Positions 27,195 to 42,400 of a stretch of DNA of 64,000 bases are shown one piece after another (positions within the stretch are counted from its first letter, which is position 1; every line of letters starts with the position of its first letter). Source of the stretch: Squalus acanthias (taxonomy: Eukaryota). The notes beneath the pieces are model-generated. The model did not search any database. It was not told the origin of the DNA and worked only from the letters and a program-made list of their open reading frames with translations. The stretch spans positions 146,260,001 through 146,324,000 of the forward strand of contig CM059431.1 of assembly GCA_030390025.1 (NCBI GenBank), in the 5' to 3' direction. The position numbers were made by a program, and so were the translations under genes.

Positions 27195-30100
27195 AACAGG
27201 ATGGTTGACCGGGTTACAGGGGCCGCGCTCTGTGACTGTGGGAACTCGGCTCCATTCAGCACACGGCCTGACAGCGCGGCTGCTCAGCCCAGAGTTTATA
27301 TCACAGCGAGGGAGGGAGGGGCTTCACAGTGTCACAGACCCGGTTTGCGACTCGGCACACTCAGTCCTCCAGTGAGATCAGACAGTGTGAAACCCGGGGA
27401 ATATGGGCCCAGTGAGATCTGACTGTGGGTAACGCGGGGAGGATGGGGAATGTCATATCTGACTGTGTGTAACCCGGGGAGGATGGGCCAAGTGTGATCA
27501 GACAGTTTTTAACCCGGGGAGAATGGGCCAAGTGATATCAGTCAGTGTGTAACCCGCGGAAGAGGGGCCCAGTGAGATCAGAGAGTGTGTAACCCGGGGA
27601 TGATGGGCCCAGTGAGATCAGACAGTTTGTAACAAGGGGAGAATGGGCCAAGTGATATCAGACAGTTTCAAAACCGGGGAGGATGGGCCCAGTAAGATAA
27701 GGCAGTGTGTAACCCGAGGGGGATAGGTCGTGTGAGAGCAGACAGTGTGCAACCTGGGGAGGGTGGACCTTTGACAGCAGACAGTGTGTGTTCCGGGGAG
27801 GATGGTTCCTGTAAGAGCAGACAGTGTGTAACCCAGGGAGGATGGGCCCAGTGGAGATCACGAAATTTTAACCAGCGGAGGTTGAGTCCAATGAGATCAG
27901 ACAGTGAATATCCCGGGAAAGAATTGCCCAGTGAGATCAGACAGTGTGTAACCGCGGCAGGATGGGTCCAGTGAGATCAGACATTGTGTAACCCGGGGAG
28001 GATGGGCCCAGTGAGATCAAACAGTGTTTAACCCGGGGAGGATGGGCAGAGTGAGATCAAACAGTCTTTAACCCGGGGAGGATGGGCCCAGTGAGGTCAG
28101 ACAGTGTGTAACCCGGGGAGGATGGGCCAAGTGAGATCAGACTCAGGGTAACCCGGGAAGGATGGGCCCAGTGAGGGCAGAAAGTGTGTATCCGGGGGAG
28201 GTTCGGTCCAGTGATATCAGACAGTGTGTAACCCGGAGTAAATGGGCCCAGAGAGATCACACAATTTGTAACTCGGGGAGTTTTGGTCCTGTGAGTGCAG
28301 ACAGTGTGTAACCCGGGGAGGATGGGCCCAGTGAGATCAGACAGTGTGTAACCCGGGGAGGATGGGCCCAGTGAGATCAGACAGTGTGTAACCCGTGAGG
28401 ATGGGCCCAGTGAGAGCAAATAGTTTGTAAACTGGGGAGGATGGATCCAGTGAGAGGAGACAGTTTGTAATCCTGTGAGGATTGGCCCAGTGAGATGAGA
28501 CAGTGTGTAAGCCGGGGAGAATGGGCCCAGTGAGATCAGACAGTTGCAACCCGGAGATGATGTGCCCAGTGAAATCAGACAGTGAGTAACACGGGGAGGA
28601 AAGACCCAGTGAGATCAGACAGTGTGCATCCTGAGAGGATGGCCCAGTGAGATCGGACAGTTTGTTACCAGGGGAGGATGGGCACAGTGAGATCAGACAG
28701 AGTGTAACCCGGGGTGGATGGGCCCAGTGAGTTCAGACAGTGTGTGATACGGGATGGATGGGCCCAGTGAGATCAGACAGTGTGTAACTCAGGGAGGACG
28801 GGCCTAGTGAGATCAGACAGTGTGTAACCCCGGGAGGATGGGCCCAAATCAGACAGTGTGTAACCCGGGGAGGATGGGCCCAGTGAGATCAGACAGTGTG
28901 TAACCCGGGGAGGATGGGCCCAGTGAGTTCAGAGAGAGGGAACCTAGGGGAAGATGGGCCCAGTAAGTTCCGACAGTGTGCAACCTGGGAGGATGGCCCA
29001 GTGAGATCAGACAGCGTGTAACCCGGGGTGGATGGCCCCTGTTAGATCAGACAGTGCGTAACAAGGGGAGGATGGGCCCAGTGAGAACACACAATTTGTA
29101 AACCGGAGAGTTTTGGTCCTGTGAGTGCAGACAGTGTGTAACCCGGGGAGGACGTTCCCAGTGGGATCAGACAGTGTGTAACCCGGGAAGGAAGGGCCCT
29201 GTGAGATTAGTCAGTGTGTAACACGGGGAGGATGGGCCTATTGAGATCAGACAGTGTGTAACCCGGGGAGGATGTGCCCAGTGAGATCAGACAGTGTGTA
29301 ACCCGGGGAGGATGGGCCCATTGAGAGCAGACAGTGTATAACCCGGGGAGGAATGGCCCATTGAGATCAGACAGTGGGTAACCCGGGGAGGATGGCCCTA
29401 ATTAGATCAGACAATGCGTAACCCGGGAGGATGGGCCCAGTTATAGCAGACATTGGATAACCCGGGGAGGATGGGCCCAGTGAGAGCAGACAGAGTGTAA
29501 TCCTGGGAGGATGGGCACAGTGAGATCACAAAGTGTGTAACCTGGGGAGGATGGATCCAGTGAGAGGAGAAAGTGTTTAATCCTGTGAGGATTGGCAACG
29601 TGAGATGAGACATGGTGTAAGCCAGGGACGATGGGCCCAGTGAGATCAGTCAGTATGTAACCGACGAAGATGGGCCCAGTGAGATCATAGAACGTGTAAC
29701 ACGGGGAGGATGGGCCAAGTGAGATCAGACAGTGTGTAACCCGGGGAGGAAGGGCCCATTGAGATCAGACAGTGTGCAACCTGGGAGGATGGCCCAGTAA
29801 GATTGGACAGGGTCTTACCAGGGGAGGATGGGCCCAGTGAGATCAGACAGTGTGTAACCCGGGTAGGAATGGCCGAGTGAGATCAGACAGTGTTTAGCTC
29901 GGGGAGGATGGGTCCCGTGAGATCAGACTGTGTGTAACCCGGGGGCATGGGCCCAGTCAGATCAGTCAGTCTGTAACCCGGGGAGGTTGGGTCTTGTGAG
30001 AGCAGACAGTGTGTAACCCGGTGTGGGTGGGCCCAGTTAGATCAGAGAGTGTGTAACCCGGGGAGAATGGGCCAAATGATATCAGTCAGTGTTTAACCCA

Positions 30101-30469
30101 GGGAGGATGGGTCCTGTGAGAGCATAAATTGTGTAACCCGGGGAGGATGGGCTATGTGAGATCAGACATTGTGTGTCATGGAATGGATGGGCCCAGTGAG
30201 ATCAGACAGTGTGTAACCCGGGGAGGATGGGCCAAGTGAGATCAGACAGTGTGTAACCCGGGGAAGTTGGGCAAGTGAGATCAGACAGTGTGCAAAATGG
30301 GGTGGATGGGCCCAGTGATATCAGACAGTGTATATTCCTGGAAGGATGAGCCCAGTGAGATCTGAGAGTGGGAAACTAGGCGAGGAGCGGCCCAGTGAGC
30401 TCCGACAGTGGGCAAACAGGGAGGATGGCCCAGTGAGATTAGACAGTGTGTAACCCGGGGAGGATGGGC

Positions 30470-33400
30470 CCAGTGAAATCAGACAGTGTGGAACCCAGGA
30501 GGATGGGCCCAGTGAGATCAGTCAGTCTGTAACCCGGCGAGATTGGGTCCTGTGAGAGCAGAAAGTGTGTAACCTGGTGAGGATGGGCCCAGTGAGATCA
30601 GGCAGTGTGTAACTCGGGGAGAATGGGTGCTGTGTAAGAAGATATTGTGTAACTTGGGGAGAACGGGCACAGTGAGATCAGTCAGTGTTTAACCCGGGGA
30701 GAATGGGACAAGTGATATCAGTCAGTGTGTCACCCGGGGCGGGTCGGACCAGTGAGATCACACAATTTTTAATCCGGGGAGGTTGAGTCCAGTGAGATCA
30801 GACAGCGTATATCTCGGGAAGGAAGGTCCCAGTGAGATCAGATAGTGTATAACCCGGGGAGGATGAGTCATGTGAGAGCAGACAGTATGTGATACGGGAT
30901 GGATGGGCCCAGTGAGATCAGACAGTGTGTAACCCGGGTGGGATGGGCCCAGTGAGATCAGACAGTGTATAATCGGGGAAGGATGTGATAAGTGAGATCA
31001 GACAGTGTTTAACCCTGGGAGGATGGATCCAGTGAGATCAGACAGTGTGTAACCCGGGGAGGATGGGCCCAGTGAGATCAGACAGTGTGTAACCCGGGGA
31101 GGAAGAGCCCAGTGAGCTCAGAGAATGTGTAACCCCGGGAGGATGGGCCCAATGAAATCAAACATTGTTTAGCCCTGCGAAGTTGGGCCCAATGAGATCA
31201 GACAGTGTGTAACATGGGGTGGATGGGCCCAGTAATATCAGAGAGTGGGAAACTATGGGAGGATGGGGCCAGTGAGTTCCGACAGTGTGCAACCTGGGAG
31301 GAATGCCCAGTGAGATCAGACAGTTTGTAACCCGGGGAGGATGGGCACAGTGAAATCAGACAGTGTGTAACCTGGGGAGGATGGGCCCCGTGAGATCAGA
31401 CACTGTGTAACCCGGGATGGATGGCCCCAGTGTGATCACACAGTGTGTAACCCGGGAAGGATGGGTCCAGTGAAATCAGACAGTGGCCAACCCGTGGAGG
31501 ATGGGCCCAGTGAGATCAGACAGTGTGTAACCCGAGGAAGATGGGCCCAGTGAGATCAGACTGTGTGCCACCTGAGAGGATGGGCCCAGAGGGATCAGAC
31601 AGTGTGTAACTCAGGGAGGATGGGCTAAGTGAGATCAGACAGTGTGCAACATGGGAGGATGGGCCCAGTGAGATCAGACAGTGTGCAACCTGAGAGGATG
31701 GGCCCAGAGGGATCAGACAGTGTGTAACTCGGGGAGGATGGGCCCAGTGAGATCAGACAGTGTGCAACCTGCGAGGATGGGCCCAGAGGGATCAGACAGT
31801 GTGTAACTCGGGGAGGATGGGCCCAATGAGATCAGACAGTGTGCAACATGGGAGGATGGGCCCAGTGAAATCAGACAGTGTTTAGCTCGGGGAGGATGTG
31901 CCCAGTGAAATCAGACTGTGTGCAACCTGGGAGGATGGGCCCAGTGAGATCAGACAGTGTGTAACTCGGGGAGGATGGGCCCAGTGAGATCAGACAGTGT
32001 GTGGCCCGGGGAGGATGGGCCCAGTGAGATCAGAGAGTGTGTAATCCGGGGAGGAGGGGCCCAATGAGACCAGACAGTGTGTAACCCGGGGAGGATGGGC
32101 CCAGTGATTTCTGACAGTGTGTAACCCGGGGAGGATGGGCGCAGTGAGATCAGGCAGTGTGTAACCCGGGGAGGATGGGCCCAGTGATATCAGACAGTGT
32201 TTAACCCGGGGAGGATGGGCCCAATGAGATCAGACGATGTTTAACCCTGGGAAGTTGGGCCCAGTGAGATCAGACAGTGGGTAACCCGTGGAGGAAGAGC
32301 CCAGTGAGATCAGAGAATGTGTAACCCCGGGAGGATGGGCCCAATGAGATCAAACAGTGTTTAACCCTGGGAAGTTGGGCCCAATGAGATCAGACAGTGT
32401 GTAACCCGGGGAGGATGGGCCCAGTGAGATCAGAAAGTGTGTAATTCGGGGAGGATGGGCCCAGTGAGATCAGACAGTGTGTAAGATGGGGTGGATGGGC
32501 CCAGTGAGTTCTAACAGTGTTTCACCCGGGGAGGATGTGTACTGTGTGAGCAGACATTATCTAACCCGGGGAGGACGGGCCCAGTGAGATCAGACAGTGT
32601 TTAACCCGGGGAGGATGGGCCCAGTGACATCAGGCAGTGTGTAACCCTGGGAAGTTGGGGCAAGTGAGATCAGATAGTGTGCAACATGTCCCAGTGATAT
32701 CAGACAGTGTATAACCCGGGAAGGATGTGTCCAGTGAGATCAGAGAGTGGGAAACTACGGGAGGATGGGGCAAGTGAGATCAGTCAGTCTGTAACCCATG
32801 GAGGTTGGGTCCTGTGAGAGCAGACAGTGTGTAACCTGGGTAGGATGGGCCCAGTGAGATCAGACAGTGTGTTACCCGGGGAGGATGGGTCCTGAGTGAG
32901 AAGACATTGTGTAACCAGTGGAGGAGGGTCCTGTGAGAGCAGACAGTGTGTAACCCGGGGAGGATGGGCTCAGAGAGATCACAAAATTTTAACCCGGGGA
33001 GGATGGGCCCAGTGAGATCAGACAGTGTATATCCCGGGCAGGAAGGGCCCAGTGAGATCAGAGAGTGTGCAACCGAGGGAGGATGGGTCCTGTGAGATCA
33101 GACAGTGTGTAACCCGGGGAGGATGGTCCAAGTGAGATCAGACTTAGTGTAAGTCGGGAGGATGGGCCCAGTGAGGGCAGAACGTGTGTAACTGGGGGAG
33201 GTTCGGTCCAGTGATATCAGAGAGTGTGTATTGCAAAGAAAATGGGCCGAGTGAGATCACACAATTTGTAACCGGGGAATTTTGGTCCTGTGAGTGCAGA
33301 CAGTGTGTAACCCGGGGAGGACGTTCCCAGTGAGATCAGACAGTGTGTAACCCGGGGAGGATGGGCCCAGTGAGATCAGACAGTGTATAACCCGGGGAGG

Positions 33401-36400
33401 ATGGCCCCAGTTAGTTCACACAGTTTGTAACGCGGGGTGGTTGGGTCCAGTGAGATCAGACATTGGATAACCCGGGGTGGATGGGCCCAGTGAGATCAGA
33501 CAGTGTGTAACCCTGGGAGGATGGGCCCAGTGAGATCAGACAGTGTGTAACTCGGGGAGGATGGGCCCAGTGAGAGAAGACAGTGTGTAACCCGGGGAGG
33601 ATGGGCCCAGTGAGATCAGACAGTGTGTAACCCGGGGAGGATGGGCCCAGTGAGAGAAGACAGTGTGTAACCCGGGGAGGATGGGCCCAGTGAGATCAGA
33701 CAGTGTGTAACTCGGGGAGGATGGGCCCAGTGAGATCAGACGTTGGATAATCCGAGGAGGATGGGCCCAGTGAGAGCAGACAGTGTGTAATCCTGGGAGG
33801 ATGGCCTTAGTGAAAGCAAACAGTTTGTAACCTGGGGAGGATGGATCCAGTGAGAGGAGAAAGTGTGTAATCCTGTGAGGATTGGCACAGTGAGATGAGA
33901 CAGTGTGCAATCCGAGGACGATGGGCACAGTGAGATCAGACACTGTGCAACCGGAGGAAGATGGGCACATTGAAATCATATAATGTGTAACACGGGGAGG
34001 ATGGGCCCAGTGAGATCAGACAGTTGCAACCCGGATAGGATGTGCCCAGTGAGATCAGACAGTGTGTAGCCCGGGGAGGATGTGTATTGTGTGAGCAGAA
34101 ATTATCTAACCCGGGGAGGACGGGCCCAGTGAGATCAGATAGTGTTTAACACGGGGATGATGGGCCCAGTGAGGTCACAGAATTTTTTAACCCTGGTAGG
34201 ATGGGTCCTGTGAGAACATATCGTATGAACCCTAGGTAGGATGGGCCCAGTGTGATCAGACAGTGTGTAACCCGGAGAGGATGGGACCAGTGACATCAGG
34301 CAGTGTGTAACCGTGGGAAGTTGGGCTAAGTGAGATCAGACAGTGTGCAACATGGGCCCAGTGATATCAGACAGTGTATAACCCGGGAAGGATGTGCCCA
34401 GTGCGATCAGACAGTGGGAAACTACGGGAGGATGGGGCAAGTGAGATCAGTCAGTCTGTAACCCGTGGAGGTTGGGTCCTGTGAGAGCAGACAGTGTGTA
34501 ACCTGGATAGGATGGGCCTAGTGAGATCAGACAGTATGTTACCCGGGGAGGATGGGTCCTGAGTGAGAAGACAATGTGTAACCAGGGGAGGATGGTCCCA
34601 GTGAGATCAGACAGTGTGTTACCGGGGGAGGATGGGTCCTGAGTGAGAAGACATTGTGTAACCCGGGGAGGATGGGCCCAGTGAGATGACACAGTGTGTA
34701 AACCGGGGAGAATGGGCCAAGTGATATCAGACAGTGTATAACCCGGGAAGGATGTGCCCAGTGAGATCAGGGAGTGGGAAACTACGGGAGGATGGGGCAA
34801 GTGAGATCAGTCAGTCTGTAACCCGTGTAGGTTGGGTCCTGTGAGAGCAGACAGTGTGTAACCTGGGGAGGATGGGCTCAGTGAGATCAGACACTGTGTT
34901 ACCCGGGGAGGATGGGTCCTGAGTGAGAAGACATTGTGTAACCAGGGGAGGATGGGCCCAGTGAGATCAGACAGTGTTTTACCGGGGGAGGATGGGTCCT
35001 GAGTGAGAAGACATTGTGTAACCCGGGGTTGATGGGCCCAGTGAGATCAGACAGTGTGTAACCCGGGGAGAATGGGCCAAGTGATATCAGTCAGTGTATA
35101 ACCCGGGGCGGATGGGAACAGTGAGATCACACAATTTTTAACCCGGGGAGGTTGAGTCCAGTGTGATCAGATAGTGTGTAATCCAGGGAGGATGGGTCCT
35201 GTGAGATCAGACAGTTTGCAACGCGGGATGGATGGGCCCAGTGAGATGAGACAGTGAGTAACCCGGGGAGGATGGGCCCAGTGAGATCAGACAGTGTGTA
35301 AACCGGGGAGGATGGGCCCAGTGAGATCAGACAGTGTGTAACCCGGGGAGAATGGGCCAAGTGAGATCAGAGAGTGCGTAACGCCGGGAGGATGGGCCCA
35401 GTGAGATCACACTGCGTGCAAACCTGGGAGGATGGATCCTGTGAGAGCAGACAGTGTGTAACCCGGGGAGGATGGGCTCAGAGAGTTCACAAAATTTTAA
35501 CCCGGGGAGGATGGGCCCAGTGGGATCAGCCAGTGTATATCCCGGGCAGGAAGGGCCCAGTGAGATCAGAGAGTGTGCAACCCAGGGAGGATGGTCCCAG
35601 TGAGATCAGACTGTGTGTAACCCGTGGAGAATTGGCCAAGTGAGATCAGACAGTGTGTAAGTCGGGAGGATGGGGCCCAGTGAGGGCAGAAAGTGTGTAA
35701 CTGGGGGAGGTTCGGTCCAGTGATATCAGACAGTGTGTATTCCAAACAAAATGGGCCGAGTGAGATCACAGAATTTGTAACCGGGGAATTTTGGTCCTGT
35801 GAGTGCAGACAGTGTGTAACCTGGGGAGGATGGGCCCAGTGAGATCAGACAGTGTGTAACCTGGGGAGGATGGGCCCAGTGAGATCAGACAGTGTGTAAC
35901 CCGGGGAGGATGGGCGAATTGAGATCAGTCAGTGTGTAACCCGGGATGGATGGGCCCAGTGAGATCAGACAGTGTATAACCCGGGGGAGGATGGGCCCAG
36001 TGAGATCAGACAGTGGTTAACCCGGGGAGGATGGCCCCAGTTAGTTCACACAGTTTGTAACGCGGGGTGGTTGGGTCCAGTGAGATCAGACATTGGATAA
36101 CCCGGGGAGGATGGGCCCAGTGAGATCAGACAGTGTGTAACCCGGGGAGGATGGGCCCAGTGAGATCAGACGTTGGATAATCCGTGGAGGATGGGCCCAG
36201 TGAGAGCAGACAGTGTGTAATCCTGGGAGGATGGATCCAGTGAGAGGAGAAAGCGTGTAATCCTGTGAGGATTGGCACAGTGAGATGAGACAGTGTGCAA
36301 GCCGAGAACGATGGGCACAGTGAGATCAGACACTGTGTAATCGGAGGAAGATGGGCACATTGAGATCATATAATGTGTAACACGGGGAGGATGGGCCCAG

Positions 36401-39400
36401 TGAGATCAGACAGTTGCAACCCGGATAGGATGTACCCAGTGAGATCAGACAGTGTGTAGCCCGGGGAGGATGTGCCTAGTGAGTTCAGAGAGTGTGCAAT
36501 CCGGGGAGGATGGGCCCAGTGAGATCAGACAGTGTGGAACCCAGGAGGATGGGCCCAGTGAGATCAGTCAGTCTGTAACCCGGCGAGATTGGGTCCTGTG
36601 AGAGCAGAAAGTGTGTAACCTGGTGAGGATGGGCCCAGTGAGATCAGGCAGTGTGTAACTCGGGGAGAATGGGTGCTGTGTAAGAAGATATTGTGTAACT
36701 TGGGGAGAACGGGCACAGTGAGATCAGTCAGTGTTTAACCCGGGGAGAATGGGACAAGTGATATCAGTCAGTGTGTCACCCGGGGCGGGTCGGACCAGTG
36801 AGATCACACAATTTTTAATCCGGGGAGGTTGAGTCCAGTGAGATCAGACAGCGTATATCTCGGGAAGGAAGGTCCCAGTGAGATCAGATAGTGTATAACC
36901 CGGGGAGGATGAGTCATGTGAGAGCAGACAGTATGTGATACGGGATGGATGGGCCCAGTGAGATCAGACAGTGTGTAAGCCGGGTGGGATGGGCCCAGTG
37001 AGATCAGACAGTGTATAATCGGGGAAGGATGTGATAAGTGAGATCAGACAGTGTTTAACCCTGGGAGGATGGATCCAGTGAGATCAGACAGTGTGTAACC
37101 CGGGGAGGATGGGCCCAGTGAGATCAGACAGTGTGTAACCCGGGGAGGAAGAGCCCAGTGAGCTCAGAGAATGTGTAACCCCGGGAGGATGGGCCCAATG
37201 AAATCAAACATTGTTTAGCCCTGCGAAGTTGGGCCCAATGAGATCAGACAGTGTGTAACATGGGGTGGATGGGCCCAGTAATATCAGAGAGTGGGAAACT
37301 ATGGGAGGATGGGGCCAGTGAGTTCCGACAGTGTGCAACCTGGGAGGAATGCCCAGTGAGATCAGACAGTTTGTAACCCGGGGAGGATGGGCACAGTGAA
37401 ATCAGACAGTGTGTAACCTGGGGAGGATGGGCCCCGTGAGATCAGACACTGTGTAACCCGGGATGGATGGCCCCAGTGTGATCACACAGTGTGTAACCCG
37501 GGAAGGATGGGTCCAGTGAAATCAGACAGTGGCCAACCCGTGGAGGATGGGCCCAGTGAGATCAGACAGTGTGTAACCCGAGGAAGATGGGCCCAGTGAG
37601 ATCAGACTGTGTGCCACCTGAGAGGATGGGCCCAGAGGGATCAGACAGTGTGTAACTCAGGGAGGATGGGCCCAGTGAGATCAGACAGTGTGCAACATGG
37701 GAGGATGGGCCCAGTGAGATCAGACAGTGTGCAACCTGAGAGGATGGGCCCAGAGGGATCAGACAGTGTGTAACTCGGGGAGGATGGGCCCAGTGAGATC
37801 AGACAGTGTGCAACCTGCGAGGATGGGCCCAGAGGGATCAGACAGTGTGTAACTCGGGGAGGATGGGCCCAATGAGATCAGACAGTGTGCAACATGGGAG
37901 GATGGGCCCAGTGAAATCAGACAGTGTTTAGCTCGGGGAGGATGTGCCCAGTGAAATCAGACTGTGTGCAACCTGGGAGGATGGGCCCAGTGAGATCAGA
38001 CAGTGTGTAACTCGGGGAGGATGGGCCCAGTGAGATCAGACAGTGTGTGGCCCGGGGAGGATGGGCCCAGTGAGATCAGAGAGTGTGTAATCCGGGGAGG
38101 AGGGGCCCAATGAGACCAGACAGTGTGTAACCCGGGGAGGATGGGCCCAGTGATTTCTGACAGTGTGTAACCCGGGGAGGATGGGCGCAGTGAGATCAGG
38201 CAGTGTGTAACCCGGGGAGGATGGGCCCAGTGATATCAGACAGTGTTTAACCCGGGGAGGATGGGCCCAATGAGATCAGACGATGTTTAACCCTGGGAAG
38301 TTGGGCCCAGTGAGATCAGACAGTGGGTAACCCGTGGAGGAAGAGCCCAGTGAGATCAGAGAATGTGTAACCCCGGGAGGATGGGCCCAATGAGATCAAA
38401 CAGTGTTTAACCCTGGGAAGTTGGGCCCAATGAGATCAGACAGTGTGTAACCCGGGGAGGATGGGCCCAGTGAGATCAGAAAGTGTGTAATTCGGGGAGG
38501 ATGGGCCCAGTGAGATCAGACAGTGTGTAAGATGGGGTGGATGGGCCCAGTGAGTTCTAACAGTGTTTCACCCGGGGAGGATGTGTACTGTGTGAGCAGA
38601 CATTATCTAACCCGGGGAGGACGGGCACAGTGAGATCAGACAGTGTTTAACCCGGGGAGGATGGGCCCAGTGACATCAGGCAGTGTGTAACCCTGGGAAG
38701 TTGGGGCAAGTGAGATCAGATAGTGTGCAACATGTCCCAGTGATATCAGACAGTGTATAACCCGGGAAGGATGTGTCCAGTGAGATCAGAGAGTGGGAAA
38801 CTACGGGAGGATGGGGCAAGTGAGATCAGTCAGTCTGTAACCCATGGAGGTTGGGTCCTGTGAGAGCAGACAGTGTGTAACCTGGGTAGGATGGGCCCAG
38901 TGAGATCAGACAGTGTGTTACCCGGGGAGGATGGGTCCTGAGTGAGAAGACATTGTGTAACCAGTGGAGGAGGGTCCTGTGAGAGCAGACAGTGTGTAAC
39001 CCGGGGAGGATGGGCTCAGAGAGATCACAAAATTTCAACCCGGGGAGGATGGGCCCAGTGAGATCAGACAGTGTATATCCCGGGCAGGAAGGGCCCAGTG
39101 AGATCAGAGAGTGTGCAACCGAGGGAGGATGGGTCCAGTGAGATCAGACAGTGTGTAACCCGGGGAGGATGGTCCAAGTGAGATCAGACTTAGTGTAAGT
39201 CGGGAGGATGGGCCCAGTGAGGGCAGAACGTGTGTAACTGGGGGAGGTTCGGTCCAGTGATATCAGAGAGTGTGTATTGCAAAGAAAATGGGCCGAGTGA
39301 GATCACACAATTTGTAACCGGGGAATTTTGGTCCTGTGAGTGCAGACAGTGTGTAACCCGGGGAGGACGTTCCCAGTGAGATCAGACAGTGTGTAACCCG

Positions 39401-42400
39401 GGGAGGATGGGCCCAGTGAGATCATACAGTGTATAACCCGGGGAGGATGGCCCCAGTTAGTTCACACAGTTTGTAACGCGGGGTGGTTGGGTCCAGTGAG
39501 ATCAGACATTGGATAACCCGGGGTGGATGGGCCCAGTGAGATCAGACAGTGTGTAACCCTGGGAGGATGGGCCCAGTGAGATCAGACAGTGTGTAACTCG
39601 GGGAGGATGGGCCCAGTGAGAGAAGACAGTGTGTAACCCGGGGAGGATGGGCCCAGTGAGATCAGACAGTGTGTAACCCGGGGAGGATGGGCCCAGTGAG
39701 AGAAGACAGTGTGTAACCCGGGGAGGATGGGCCCAGTGAGATCAGACAGTGTGTAACTCGGGGAGGATGGGCCCAGTGAGATCAGACGTTGGATAATCCG
39801 AGGAGGATGGGCCCAGTGAGAGCAGACAGTGTGTAATCCTGGGAGGATGGCCTTAGTGAAAGCAAACAGTTTGTAACCTGGGGAGGATGGATCCAGTGAG
39901 AGGAGAAAGTGTGTAATCCTGTGAGGATTGGCACAGTGAGATGAGACAGTGTGCAATCCGAGGACGATGGGCACAGTGAGATCAGACACTGTGCAACCGG
40001 AGGAAGATGGGCACATTGAAATCATATAATGTGTAACACGGGGAGGATGGGCCCAGTGAGATCAGACAGTTGCAACCCGGATAGGATGTGCCCAGTGAGA
40101 TCAGACAGTGTGTAGCCCGGGGAGGATGTGTATTGTGTGAGCAGAAATTATCTAACCCGGGGAGGACGGGCCCAGTGAGATCAGATAGTGTTTAACACGG
40201 GGATGATGGGCCCAGTGAGGTCACAGAATTTTTTAACCCTGGTAGGATGGGTCCTGTGAGAACATATCGTATGAACCCTAGGTAGGATGGGCCCAGTGTG
40301 ATCAGACAGTGTGTAACCCGGAGAGGATGGGACCAGTGACATCAGGCAGTGTGTAACCGTGGGAAGTTGGGCTAAGTGAGATCAGACAGTGTGCAACATG
40401 GGCCCAGTGATATCAGACAGTGTATAACCCGGGAAGGATGTGCCCAGTGCGATCAGACAGTGGGAAACTACGGGAGGATGGGGCAAGTGAGATCAGTCAG
40501 TCTGTAACCCGTGGAGGTTGGGTCCTGTGAGAGCAGACAGTGTGTAACCTGGATAGGATGGGCCTAGTGAGATCAGACAGTATGTTACCCGGGGAGGATG
40601 GGTCCTGAGTGAGAAGACAATGTGTAACCAGGGGAGGATGGTCCCAGTGAGATCAGACAGTGTGTTACCGGGGGAGGATGGGTCCTGAGTGAGAAGACAT
40701 TGTGTAACCCGGGGAGGATGGGCCCAGTGAGATGACACAGTGTGTAAACCGGGGAGAATGGGCCAAGTGATATCAGACAGTGTATAACCCGGGAAGGATG
40801 TGCCCAGTGAGATCAGGGAGTGGGAAACTACGGGAGGATGGGGCAAGTGAGATCAGTCAGTCTGTAACCCGTGTAGGTTGGGTCCTGTGAGAGCAGACAG
40901 TGTGTAACCTGGGGAGGATGGGCTCAGTGAGATCAGACACTGTGTTACCCGGGGAGGATGGGTCCTGAGTGAGAAGACATTGTGTAACCAGGGGAGGATG
41001 GGCCCAGTGAGATCAGACAGTGTTTTACCGGGGGAGGATGGGTCCTGAGTGAGAAGACATTGTGTAACCCGGGGTTGATGGGCCCAGTGAGATCAGACAG
41101 TGTGTAACCCGGGGAGAATGGGCCAAGTGATATCAGTCAGTGTATAACCCGGGGCGGATGGGAACAGTGAGATCACACAATTTTTAACCCGGGGAGGTTG
41201 AGTCCAGTGTGATCAGATAGTGTGTAATCCAGGGAGGATGGGTCCTGTGAGATCAGACAGTTTGCAACGCGGGATGGATGGGCCCAGTGAGATGAGACAG
41301 TGAGTAACCCGGGGAGGATGGGCCCAGTGAGATCAGACAGTGTGTAAACCGGGGAGGATGGGCCCAGTGAGATCAGACAGTGTGTAACCCGGGGAGAATG
41401 GGCCAAGTGAGATCAGACAGTTGCAACCCGGATAGGATGTGCCCAGTGAGATCAGACAGTGTGTAGCCCGGGGAGGATGTGTATTGTGTGAGCAGAAATT
41501 ATCTAACCCGGGGAGGACGGGCCCAGTGAGATCAGATAGTGTTTAACACGGGGATGATGGGCCCAGTGAGGTCACAGAATTTTTTAACCCTGGTAGGATG
41601 GGTCCTGTGAGAACATATCGTATGAACCCTAGGTAGGATGGGCCCAGTGTGATCAGACAGTGTGTAACCCGGAGAGGATGGGACCAGTGACATCAGGCAG
41701 TGTGTAACCGTGGGAAGTTGGGCTAAGTGAGATCAGACAGTGTGCAACATGGGCCCAGTGATATCAGACAGTGTATAACCCGGGAAGGATGTGCCCAGTG
41801 CGATCAGACAGTGGGAAACTACGGGAGGATGGGGCAAGTGAGATCAGTCAGTCTGTAACCCGTGGAGGTTGGGTCCTGTGAGAGCAGACAGTGTGTAACC
41901 TGGATAGGATGGGCCTAGTGAGATCAGACAGTATGTTACCCGGGGAGGATGGGTCCTGAGTGAGAAGACAATGTGTAACCAGGGGAGGATGGTCCCAGTG
42001 AGATCAGACAGTGTGTTACCGGGGGAGGATGGGTCCTGAGTGAGAAGACATTGTGTAACCCGGGGAGGATGGGCCCAGTGAGATGACACAGTGTGTAAAC
42101 CGGGGAGAATGGGCCAAGTGATATCAGACAGTGTATAACCCGGGAAGGATGTGCCCAGTGAGATCAGGGAGTGGGAAACTACGGGAGGATGGGGCAAGTG
42201 AGATCAGTCAGTCTGTAACCCGTGTAGGTTGGGTCCTGTGAGAGCAGACAGTGTGTAACCTGGGGAGGATGGGCTCAGTGAGATCAGACACTGTGTTACC
42301 CGGGGAGGATGGGTCCTGAGTGAGAAGACATTGTGTAACCAGGGGAGGATGGGCCCAGTGAGATCAGACAGTGTTTTACCGGGGGAGGATGGGTCCTGAG

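Noticed and set aside
26520..27422. Overlapping 68-107 aa ORFs in the spacer and CpG element
   Set aside because: They are short, on both strands, have no recognisable homology, and are expected by chance in GC-rich DNA. Only the first codons of 26520-26813 match the paralog, up to the donor-like site.
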